Source: Veleropilina oligotropha
Lineage: Eukaryota
Direction: 5' to 3'
Length of the DNA: 64,000 bases
NCBI GenBank assembly: GCA_048128005.1
Contig: JBEUKZ010000010.1
Coordinates: 186,001 to 250,000, forward strand
Positions 32,711 to 43,754 of this stretch are shown one piece after another. Under the pieces are notes generated by a model that did not search any database, was not told the origin of the DNA, and saw nothing but the letters and a program-made list of their open reading frames with translations. Each line of letters starts with the position of its first letter. Position 1 is the stretch's first letter. The position numbers were made by a program, and so were the translations under genes.

Positions 32711-32869
32711 ATATAGGGATTGAACTGCATTTTGGTTGCGTTTATACTGGTATGAATGCAACCAGCAAACACATCTATGGTGCGCGATAGCGCTCCATTT
32801 AGAATATGTAATTGCTGGTTGCATTCATACCAGCATAAACGCAAACAAAATGCAGTTCAATCCTTATAT
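32711..32869. mobile_element. Small fold-back (palindromic) MITE-like element
   Basis: About 57-bp arms ATATAGGGATTGAACTGCATTTTG...ACCAGCAA / TTGCTGGT...CAAAATGCAGTTCAATCCTTATAT. Confidence 0.75.
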
Positions 32870-35249
32870 TTATATTAATATATAACCACAATCCGGTAAA
32901 AATAACATATTTTAGTTTGCTATGATGCAGTAATTGTTGTATATCGTCAGGTAATGTTCAATTAACGGAACAGCCTTTCCAAAGGACAAAAAAATAGATC
33001 CTGTATGGATTTCATTCTGTGGTAAAATTAATGAACAATATTGTTAAATTCAATTCATAAATTTATATGTTATTAAATATATAATGTAAATTTTACATTA
33101 GAGACAAAACTTTACATGTATAACAAGAAACAGATTGCGAAATTAATACGTCTAGCCTATTTTCTCTATTGAATTCATAATAGTATGAATGCAATCAAAT
33201 TGTAGTGAGGTAAATAGCGACCGATGTAAATATACACAAGTACCCTTCTCATTCGAATAGAGAAGGGTCATCAAAGTGGAGCCAATAAAGTACTGTAGCC
33301 ACAAACCAAAGTGTTACAATTAAAATATGAAAGCAAACTTGTTCAAACTATTTAACATTGCATTTATAAATTGCTACAAAATTCTCCAGCGACAATGGGT
33401 GCTTTGTAAATATTGCACTGCAATGATAGAGGAACCCTAGCATTCATGCATTGCCGCAAACATTGCTAAACAAAAGTACAAATACATTAAGGGAACAAAT
33501 ATTTCACCCATGCCAAATCTTTGAAGACATATCCATATCGTTTGCGTTGGCCAAACCAAAAATGTTTACGTTCTACTTATACATGTTCTAACAAATATTT
33601 CTCAAAGACGACAGAATTTGGAGGACTTTGCAACTTTCCAAGTTTACAAAGCTGTAAGCCCTGAGTTGAGTTTTAACATTGGAATTAACAGATGACTTTT
33701 AAGATGGTAAAATAGAACAACGTGATATATATCCTTGAGGATTAGTGTTGAGTAATTCTCATCAGGAAATTCTTGCCTGTCGCATCATCAATGCTACATG
33801 TATTTGATCACATTATCGATAATATTCTAGAACGTAAGCCGCTAAACTAAGACTGTTAGTGGAACATTAAAATATATGTCAAGTTTGTCCTCATCTGCTC
33901 CACATGGCTGATGAAAGGCATTTCATTTAATATCTCACAGAACATCATGAGACTTCTCCATATATATTGTTAATAGAATAAGTGACATTTATCGACATGT
34001 CATGTCCCTTGTCGCAGATCCTAATCGTTCCTGAATGTGAAATGTGGCTACGCACATTTTAAAAGTATAGAGATTATAAATCACAGAAATAGAAAGATCA
34101 AGATTGCCAGACGAGCAGTCAAAGTGTTTGTTTCTACTCGATTTTCCAAAAGTAAGAGAATTCTATGATAGTATCGAATATCCATCTTTGGCATCATGAA
34201 CAATATTCAAGCCAATAGTGTTTCAGTTTTAATCAGGTCAATGACGTTTGAATGATGAGATGAATTGATGGTGTGCAAGAGACAGATCCTCCCCAGTATA
34301 AAAGGACTTTATGCCAGCTGTCTCGTGATCTGATTATACCAGGAATGGAGCTTGTGTGTCAATAAACAAACATGATGATCAAACATGTATAATGGAATTA
34401 TCCCCTACAGATGCCCAGTTAAACCCACCAGCCTGGAATACGGATATCTCGGTAACTCTAAAATGGTCACATCAATGTTTGTTTGTAATCTTGTTTCTTT
34501 GAAACGTTATTGTCTGTTTACGGCAGCAAGACTTAGCATTTCAGGTCTATTTATGGCTTCACATGAAATTGCACTAATGGGTTTGATATTATCAGTCTAT
34601 TTAATCAGATAAATTTCATCAGATGAAAAACCTGAGATAATGAAGTATAAATTTACTACGTGTCATTCTCAACAAAGAAAGATGAATGGTGTCAGACAAG
34701 CTAGGTGTAAAGACGCCTCTTGTCACAAAAATAGCATCAGGCTGACGCATGAACTAAACAGTCGGTCTGGTGGTTAGTGACAAATATAAGATTGCGGCTT
34801 TACCGCTATACCAGATAATCGATACAGTTGCCAGAATCGGTAAACTGACAATTTATGACATTTAAATCATCAGAAAGTTTTAAACTTGTGATATTGTGCA
34901 CAGTGTAAATATTGCCCACGGCCCCCATCCACAAACGACAGTCAATGGTAACTTGTGTATTTGGGATCATGGATACTTGTGGTTATGTTTCATATGAAAT
35001 CCTATCTTCGGCATTCAGAGAAATCATTCATGTCATAACTTTTACTTCAAACTTACCAAATATGTTCAAGTTGTTTATATTATATAGCAAATGCTAATTT
35101 TGTCTTTATTGCGCAAATTCATAATTATCTATTAAGTGATCCTACACAAATTTACCCGGGGAAGTTTCCATGAGTTGTATTTTGAACTTTCATGGGCTAC
35201 ATGTAATAGCAGGCATCCACTGTCCAGAGGAATTAAAAGAAAATAAAAT

Positions 35250-35482
35250 ATTTCCAATCATTAGGTTCAAAGCAGGACGTGTGCATATTATCGCGAGAGG
35301 AAAGTCCGGTCGCCTGGGGAAACCCGCTCTCCCCGGCCAGTTACGGACAACCGTGATTCATAACTTGAACAAATAATGTCATATCCCAACTGAGATTTGA
35401 AACCACTACTGTTCTTGTTATTGGAAACAAGCCAGTGATATTCAGATTCAATAATCGACACCACACGGCTGTTGGAGCGGCC
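35250..35482 (-). mobile_element. SINE family 2 (V-domain-like core)
   Basis: Homologous to 53251-53507 over its length. Confidence 0.75.
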
Positions 35483-36384
35483 TCCAGAGCGATTGAACAG
35501 ACCAACATCGCAATATTAAAGTATGGTATGTATATTTTAAATCTAATACCTACCTTCCGCTGAAGGAATCACCAAAGAGCAACAGCATCGCAATATCAAA
35601 GATGTACAGATAGAATATTTGCGGATGCCAACGTCCCAGATTCAATATGACATTATTCCGGAGCAGTAACATTGCTAAATTAGCATATCACTTAATGATA
35701 ATCATTCTCAAAATAAACCCAGAATTGCTCTGACACAAAATAACATTCATGCCAAAGATCTATCCACAAAAATGACTGTTTTACAGAGAATAGACAGTCC
35801 AGGGGAGATAACGCTATATGACTACCAATGGTATATAGGCCTCAGACCACAGTTAGCTCCCTCAAAAGTTGCATACAATCCGGATGTTTACAAAGTGATT
35901 CAGTGACATGTACATATGTGAAGTAAATGCCATTCCAACCATTGATTGGTAAATTATTGAACATTAACTACCAGAGTAAATGTGAACATGCATGCGCGTA
36001 GACAAAATCTTTTGCCTTTATTTACAAAATATTTGCCTTGTGAATCCTATCTGACATCATGCTACTGGGGTGGTTTATGTTGTCATCTTGCATTTCGTAG
36101 TTGCCATGGGCAATGCCGGAAAATCAAGCAGGTAGACCTATGCTCATTCTTGGAGTAAATAGTCCCCTAATGTAGCCAAAACTTCACAGAAAAAATCAAA
36201 TGTCTATCAATCTTGGTTAACAGTCTGTTCAAGTTAAGGCTATATGATAAGAATATAGTAAAATTAATGGTGGGCTATGGCCATATGTTATGAGGGGAGT
36301 AAACGATGGATAATAATGGCAACACCGGAATAGTACACTTTCCATCTTCAAAAAGATTCCAAATATTTTGGGCTTAAAAGTTTA

Positions 36385-36570
36385 TTTTGTTATCTCCGCC
36401 AACAAGGTTACGTGTTAATCTGTGTCTGTCTGTTAGCAAGATTACATAAAAAGTTATCTAGATGCATTTGCCTTCAAGGCTTGATCTAAGACCAAACAAT
36501 TATAATTTGGTGGTACACATAATCCGGATCTGGATTCGGAAAAGACCGGATGAGATGACGTCATTTTTAT
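36385..36570 (+). mobile_element. Degenerate HINE/DINE-1-like non-autonomous element
   Basis: TTATCTCCGCC start, (GTCT)n microsatellite, CCGGATCTGGATTC core also seen reversed near 16990. Confidence 0.45.
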
Positions 36571-37008
36571 GTTTCTGTTATAGCAGTAAAGGTAATCACC
36601 ATCCAGATTTCTGGGGATGATGGAGAATTGTTTAACCAAATAGCGGCGGTATGATATCCTTGATTGATTTTGAATCTTAATGTTTTCTTTACAAGATGTG
36701 CTATCTAAGATATTTGTCATATAGACCTTTTGTTTGTTGTTTCGATTATGTGAGCAGGGTTTTCTACTCTTGCACTCAACATACCCAAGTGACCACAAAT
36801 AATGACAAAGCATCGCTTTGCAAGTGAGAACTGTTGCCTTCTATGCCATATAAATAAGACAACTTCCATACGGTATCAATGATCATTAAATAAACTAATG
36901 GATATACCAATTGTATGCAAAAATACCACGATGAAGTATATCTGTATATGAGATACCAATCAATGACAGAAAGATAGCAGCAATATATGAAAATAAAATC
37001 TGTCTTAC

Positions 37009-37043
37009 CTTTTGTACAATATGATCAAAGTTAATTCCAAGTT
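37009..37043 (-). CDS. YIPF5: YIPF5 (Yip1 family) coding exon 3, 35-nt micro-exon
   Basis: tttcAG|(E)LGINFDHIVQK|GTAAG; continues the DEPPLMEE-LGINFDHI signature. Confidence 0.9.
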
Positions 37044-37253
37044 CTGAAAATGCAAAAGTCAAGTTTTTTCAATCATAAAATTATCATATTATAAGGTAGC
37101 TATATATAACAACATTTTACTGTTAACGACACAACCTTCCACATTAAATGCAGTTGCCCCATTATTGAAATATTATCAACACAACAATTTTTTAAATAAG
37201 TAAGTACTGTATTTGCAACACAGAAATAATGAATAAAGAAATGTGCATTTTAA

Positions 37254-37688
37254 AGAGACTATTGCCCGTAAATGCGCTCTTTATTCATTGAAAAGAAAAA
37301 TAACCGCATTACACATTATGATTTTGTTTATAACACAAAAAGGTTGGAATTTTCATCGCTCAACTTTCGACAGCAATTTACCACCGTTCAACATTTTAAA
37401 ATAATTAAATGCGGTCCGCGTTTAATTACCTCGCACCGAGTGACATTTCCAATTGACATAGTTGAAGCACAGTTGCGTAGGTTTCTGCTTGTCAAGTAAG
37501 ATAGCTTTCTACTTGACAATAATAAATATTGCCCAGTTACAATAATAATTCAATAAAAGTCTATCATTTGATCATATATCGATCATATCTTTGCGAAATG
37601 TGTATCAATCTGAGCGAACCGTACAATCGAGGGTGATCAGTCATGCTACACAGTCACGAAAAGAGCGCATTTAAGGGCAATAGTCTCT
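37254..37688. mobile_element. Non-autonomous DNA transposon with TTAA target duplication (Kolobok-like)
   Basis: 29-bp TIR AGAGACTATTGCCCKTAAATGCGCTCTTT; TTAA at 37250-37253 and 37689-37692; lies in a YIPF5 intron. Confidence 0.85.
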
Positions 37689-37969
37689 TTAAGTTCATAA
37701 GTTAAAGCTCCATTTAGATTTTCCATAAAGCAAGCACAATGTCTTCTGCATTATCATTCTGGTAGTCTGCATGGAGTTGTCTCCCTTTAGTCATATACCG
37801 TTTAATAGACAATTCTATTCTTACTTCCCTATGTGTTCCTAACACTCATAATAATTGCTTTCACAACTTCATGACCATTGCTTATTCAAGGACAATCCCC
37901 ATAATAAACACGACGTCTAATCGGTCTACTAATTGTGTTTACAACACTTTAACAGTTTCCGAAACCTAC

Positions 37970-38127
37970 CTTCCATTAGCGGTGGCTCATCGTCGTAGTT
38001 TTCTGTCGTGGATGGTTGAAATGTGGGCGTGGCATCAGGCGTCATTATGGATCCGGCGTAGGAGCTCTGCTGGCCTGCATACACATCCGAACCATAATTC
38101 TGAGAATAATCGAACTGAGCAAACTGC
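37970..38127 (-). CDS. YIPF5: YIPF5 coding exon 2
   Basis: tttcAG|QFAQFDYSQNYGSDVYAGQQSSYAGSIMTPDATPTFQPSTTENYDDEPPLME|GTAGG; phases 2 and 1 fit the neighbouring exons. Confidence 0.9.
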
Positions 38128-38838
38128 CTGAAATCAAAATATGATATTCTACAAGCACTCGAAAAAATTCCCCTTGAGCATTCTAAAAGTTATAATGAGG
38201 TGGTCATCTTCATGAAGTGCTGGTCTGTTTAGGGAATATGATTCGTGGTTGAAACCAGGATATTGCATTCTTTCTTCTCACGATAATCGACATGTCCTAT
38301 TAAATATGATCCTAAGATGTCAAAACGGGGAATAAACAACAATTCAAATCAAATCTGCCTTGTGGTTCTGCATTTTTACCAATCACCAATCGTTTTTCAA
38401 CACTAACAATATGGATAGCAAATGTCATATGTATATTTGTAAATATTTTCAATCTCATTTTGAAACAAAGGAATACCATTCAATATATATCAGTCTCCCA
38501 AAAATAAAATAAAATACAGTCAATTTACTTTCTGCTCAACCATAATAATTGCAAATAAAATAAAAGAACATGATGTTATCATAGATTATTTAAATTTAAG
38601 CAAACAGATAAATAAAATGTAACAATTTCAACATTACGAATTTGCATCTGAATTTATGATAAGCACGAAACGTAAACCAGTCCCGGAAACAACTGCTCCA
38701 ATGTTACTGTGAACACAACAAAACTCAATTTTTATAATCTTGGTGCAAATTGGTCAATTTTATACAAATCATTTCAGTTCGCTGCAGATAATAAACAGTA
38801 AGTTGATGAATGGTTTTAGGACATTCTATATAACGTAC

Positions 38839-38927
38839 TGATCGGGATCAAGAACGACTCCAGCTTGCTGTTGTTGGTTGTCATAGCTACCACCATAAAA
38901 TCCGTCGCCCTGGTTAAACTCCGACAT
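38839..38927 (-). CDS. YIPF5: YIPF5 first coding exon
   Basis: Acceptor at 38958-38959, CCAAC-ATG at 38927, MSEFNQGDGFYGGSYDNQQQQAGVVLDPD, donor GTACGT, phase 2. Confidence 0.82.
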
Positions 38928-39102
38928 GTTGGACAGGTTTACCAATCAATATCCAAACTGAAATAAAAATATAAATGATACAGTTTACCAAAAAAGACCC
39001 TCAATTTGAAATAAGACTTGAATGGAATTGATTTACATTGTCAACGCAGTAATAGTTAACTCTCTCATCCTGATGGACCTATATATATATATAAATTTAT
39101 GT

Positions 39103-39360
39103 GCCGTCGTGGCTCAGTGGATTGATCAAAGGACTCCGGTGGTAGTCTCGAATTAGCCCTCAGCCTTGGAGACTTCACTTGGGCGAGGAAATTTAGCATA
39201 TATTTGCCTTGGTCCACCCAGCCAATCTGAATGTGTACCTGGTAGGCAGCTATGTAAGTTTAATACAGCGTTACCCCCGTGTAACGACTGTAATGCTCTA
39301 TGAGGTAGTTGAAATGAAATCTCGCTTAGAACAGGCCCATAACCAGGGTATAATATATGA
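39103..39360 (+). mobile_element. SINE family 1 copy, 3' truncated
   Basis: GCCGTCGTGGCTCAGTGG head and shared core. Confidence 0.78.
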
Positions 39361-39559
39361 TCAAGGCCAGGAAAAGTTACCTCCAGGTCGACGATCTTGC
39401 TCAGATGTTAGGGACGTGGACTTACGTCGGTTATTCAATCTTATCTGTGAAGTCTGGAGGTGATAATTGTTGTAACAACTAAAAGCACATTTCGTAAATT
39501 GGATTTCTGTTGGTTCAACAATTTGACAAACAATCTTATGTCGACGTGCTCTGATGATT

Positions 39560-39910
39560 ATGGAATAAATCTATCATATTACGTGTGACGCAGACGCCCA
39601 CACACCTACATCGGCAAAGGAAAACGACCCCTAAATCAACGGTTCAAGGAACATTGCAACATCGACTGACCCACAGATGTAGGGGATCATTGTCTAGAGA
39701 CTGGACACTCAATATCGATAAATAACACCGGGATACTAACAAGAGAAGAAGACTGGTTCAGCCGCAAAGTCCAAGAAGCCATTTACATCAGGCAACAGAA
39801 ACCCACCATGAACTGGGACCTGGGCTACCACCCCCCGGACGTCTACACATAGATTCTCCTGCTACTGACTTAGAGCGCTATGTCATAAGCTGTCATTACG
39901 TGACCAAGGT
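39560..39910 (+). mobile_element. Penelope-like element remnant (GIY-YIG endonuclease, decayed)
   Basis: Manual translation IYHITCD / HTYIGKGKRPLNQRFKEH...DHCLETGH...ILTREEDWFSRKVQEAIYIRQQKPTMNWDLGY, with a frameshift and a stop. Confidence 0.8.
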
Positions 39911-40914
39911 CCGCCGTTTTGTTTCAAAGTAGGTAAATCTATATTTACTATTTATTATCCATGCTTTGATCAGTTTCCAAATCCGAAATGAGGTGACCAC
40001 TGGCTGGGTCCTGTAATAATGGCAGTCCGCCCTTTAAGAGTCACCATGTAGAGGATTAGCGAAATCTTATACTGACCGTAATATCCATAGTGTGAGCTCT
40101 AGACTACTGTCAGTACACAATAATGCGCGTATGCAAAATATACAAGTAACTGAGCAAATTCAAGGGCAGATTACTATCCAACGATACCTTGGATAAACAG
40201 TTGGCTACAGAACTGGACGGAATGGAGTATTGTTACCTTCTAGACTGGAGAGTGAATATTTCTTCCATCCTTTGCCATGATCGATTAGGCGGATATATAT
40301 ATATATATATTTGGTTTGCGTCAATGACCCATTGTTATTTTGTTCATAGTTTGGAGCGTATTCATTATTCAATAATGATACAATGCTAGAATTACATATC
40401 TGCATTCTCGTCACAAGGTGGCACCTTTATCACGTCAACGAGCATCAAGTTCCAGCTCTATAGACTAACAGGTTTATGGAAAATAATTGATTTAAAATGT
40501 GTGCATAAACATAACAGTAGTATGTACAAAACAAACCAGAACCATAAAAAATGCTGGGATTGTATTCAAATTCAATGGTCTTTGTCGGTTATGGGCAATA
40601 TATTCAATGACAATCGCGAAGCTATGTCAACAATACGTATGACTTCTGATGCGAGAAAGATTCGCTTGAAAAAAATATATTACGTAATGTATAAACATAT
40701 GAAAGTCTTACATTAACGACAGCATGTCATCTACATTTTGATCTTGGAAAACTTCATGAGCGGAGTAATCTGAATCGTGAAGAGTCAATACAATACAAAG
40801 ATTGATGTTATATTTTGTATATATATATGCTAGTCTATAGGCAGCACTAACAGCATATTGCATAACCAAATGCGGCCTTATTACCCTCATTTTAATTGAA
40901 AGGTGCGCACAAGT

Positions 40915-41102
40915 ATAAAATGCTTTTAAGAACAGAGTAGACAAGCACTGGTTAAACCAGGCACTTGTGTATGATGACTTCAAAGCCAAGATAGAATGGG
41001 GAAATGTGAATGAAGTGTCCGTACAAGAGGATGAAGAGTCCAGCATAGAGGTCCCGGGAGGAACCTGGTCTGGAAATCCACTCTAAGTAACTCTAAGTAA
41101 TA
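40915..41102 (+). mobile_element. LINE (CR1-like) extreme 3' fragment
   Basis: NAFKNRVDKHW-type ORF2 end and tandem tail ACTCTAAGTA x2. Confidence 0.55.
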
Positions 41103-41264
41103 GCTTATATGCATAGACAACACTTGGCCTGTGACTCCTGCATCAAGGTCATAGATTGAGGATTCAAAATGCAAACAGTGCAGGAGTAAATTGAAATAAC
41201 ATTAATGTTGTGAAGTCAAACGACAAAATTAGAATTCAAGCCCTCTTAAATGTGTAAACTTAAA

Positions 41265-41590
41265 CTTGACAACACGAATACCAGAGGCCATAAATATAAG
41301 CTGAAGAAAGAAAGAGTAAGAAAACCCATCAGGCAACAGTACTACAGCAACAGGATAGTAAATGCTTGGAACGGACTGCCAGACCATGTCGTAGAATTAA
41401 GCGCCTTCCCTCAACGCCTTCAACGCTATATTGGATAAACATTGGTCGCAGTTTAAGTTTTGCATACACCCGGTACTCGATGCTTATAATCCGAATAAGT
41501 CAGAATTAGACAGGCCTCGAACTGATACAGGCTTCTAAGACTAACCAAATCAGAAGCGGATGAGTATGAGTATGACTATGAGTGAGTGTA
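41265..41590 (+). mobile_element. CR1-like LINE 3' fragment
   Basis: TRGHKYKLKK...RQQYYSNRIVNAWNGLP motif and (GAGTAT)n tail. Confidence 0.75.
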
Positions 41591-41802
41591 ATCAAATTGT
41601 CTCCCTTCATCAGTAGCAGACGCCATATTCAAGTGAAACTTCACAAAGTTAATGGACAATATTTACGTATTACCGCTAGCTATACACTTTGATAAAGTGA
41701 CGAATATAATCGGACATGCGACAAAATAGAAATTTGTGCTTCCTTTTTAAACATGGATACAAGTAATTACAAGAAAACAACACAGATGAAACAAATCAAG
41801 AA

Positions 41803-41875
41803 TACCTACGTGGTCCACATAAAACCTGCGTGCGCATGTATGTGAACTTCCTTTTCCGGTTGCCTTTCCTCAAGG
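41803..41875 (-). promoter_or_regulatory. Candidate YIPF5 promoter / non-coding first exon
   Basis: Minus strand ACCGGAAAAGGAAGT (ETS-like) and CATGCGCA (NRF1-like) followed by a GTAGGT donor; inference only. Confidence 0.3.
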
Positions 41876-42699
41876 TATGCAAGGAGCGCATCTTGTCAAT
41901 ATAATCGGGAATATCTGGAAACTTCCAAATAACATCATTATTCACTATCATCCACATCAATAAATACAGAATATATCTATCTGTTTTTTCCCATATTGAC
42001 AAGTAACACCAAAATAGTCGCCTTACAAAGGCGCTTACTTGAAGGTACCCAATAACATGGAGTGTTATATTCCTCATATTAGACGTTTCTACGTTTATTT
42101 CATGTTTATGTATCAACATTTACATGTCAATAAAGCCAACCGAACATCCTGTTCTGTTTAATTATGAAGATTTCTTTGGAAAATTGATATATTATGTTAA
42201 CAATGGTTAATCATAAGGTCAACTGCAAAAGGGCACGTAACTCATGCTCGTGTTTCTTCATAAAGAAAAACTCTTTCACTGATCAAATGAAGTTGTATTT
42301 GCCAACGATGAAGAAACTGAAAATACACAACAACAAATATAAAAGCTACAGCTAAACAAATTATAATAACTAGGCCTAATTACGTTAACGACTATAGTAA
42401 GTGAATCAGATTAACTAACGACACAATACTAAATGATCAGGGAACTAACTAAACATGTAACGAAAATTACTAGTAGTAAATAGTCCTAGAGTAATAATAC
42501 ACTAAACCTTTAATGAAAGTCCACAGTCCTGAACAAGAGTCTCTGCAACTGTCGCAGGTTAAATGGCGTCGCCGAAGATTGACCCATGCAAGGGAGGTAA
42601 CCCATCGTCAACTTAGTTTCAATACACTTCCGGGTATCGGCCGTAACTCTTCACCCCCCCCAGTCCGTTGGGCAATAATACGATATTGAGCAACCGACT

Positions 42700-43349
42700 C
42701 TTGAGTTCTATCCATTTACCGGTCTCAGGCTCGTAGGTCTTGGTAGGTCGTATCGTGCGTCTGGGACGTGCGGCTGGAGGAGGAGAGAGCGATCTGGCGA
42801 CCACATGATGGTCTGGTGACCACATGATGGTCTGGTGACGGTGGATCCTGTGGTTCGATAACTGGCGGGTGAGGAGGAGGGAGGGGGGTTGTTGGCAGAG
42901 CAGGATGCTCGGGGGGCATTCCTCGTGTGGTCTCTGGCGGCTGCGTTGGTGAGAGCGCCACATCAGATCTTCCTGGTGTGGTCACAGTTGAGGGCAGTGG
43001 TGAAGGAATTGACTCCGCAGTTCCTGGTGTTGCATCAGGCAGACGTACGAATTCTTCTCTGCGAGCAGCGTTAGCCGGCGCAAACACCCGCAGGAATCGA
43101 CGGTTTCTCAAAGTGAGTCTTCCCGATCCATCAACCTTGACCCGGTACTGATCGTGACCGGGTGACTCCATGACAGTCCCTGAGCGGTCCCATTTGGTAG
43201 GATAGGCCCCCCGATTGGTTCTGTATGAAGACTCGTTCACCAATAGCGAGGGGGTGCAACAACCGTGAGTGTTCGTTGAGAGTCTCTGTAGTACGGGTCA
43301 TGCGGGTGTGGAGGGCATCCTCTTTGAGGGACCATGCCTGGCGCCAGAG
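42700..43349 (-). pseudogene. Gypsy integrase C-terminal remnant
   Basis: WRQAWSLKEDALHTR...PLAIGERVFIQNQ, frameshift, then KWDRSGTVME...DQYRVKVDGSGRLTLRNRRFLR. Confidence 0.8.
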
Positions 43350-43589
43350 TGTTGTGTATTTTCAGTTTCTTCATCGTTGGCAAATACAACTTCATTTGAT
43401 CAGTGAAAGAGTTTTTCTTTATGAAGAAACTTCTTTGGTGAAAATTGAACTTACCCTGCCACGGCCATGTTGGAAGCGACATGTTAAATTCCCATTTTCA
43501 CCAAAGAAGTTTCTTCATAAAGAAAAACTCTTTCACTGATCAAATGAAGTTGTATTTGCCAACGATGAAGAAACTCAAAATACACAACA
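43350..43589. repeat. 240-bp hairpin: 96-bp inverted arms (one mismatch) and a 48-bp spacer
   Basis: 43350-43445 is the reverse complement of 43494-43589. Confidence 0.93.
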
Positions 43590-43754
43590 ACAAATATAAA
43601 AGCTACAGCTAGACAAATTATAATAACTAGGCCTAATTACGTTAACGACTATAGTAAGTGAATCAGATTAACTTAAACTTAAATAGAATTTGTTTGGGTT
43701 TAGAAAGTGCATTTCTGCAACTCATATAAAAACCCATTTTGGTAGCTCGGTCAT

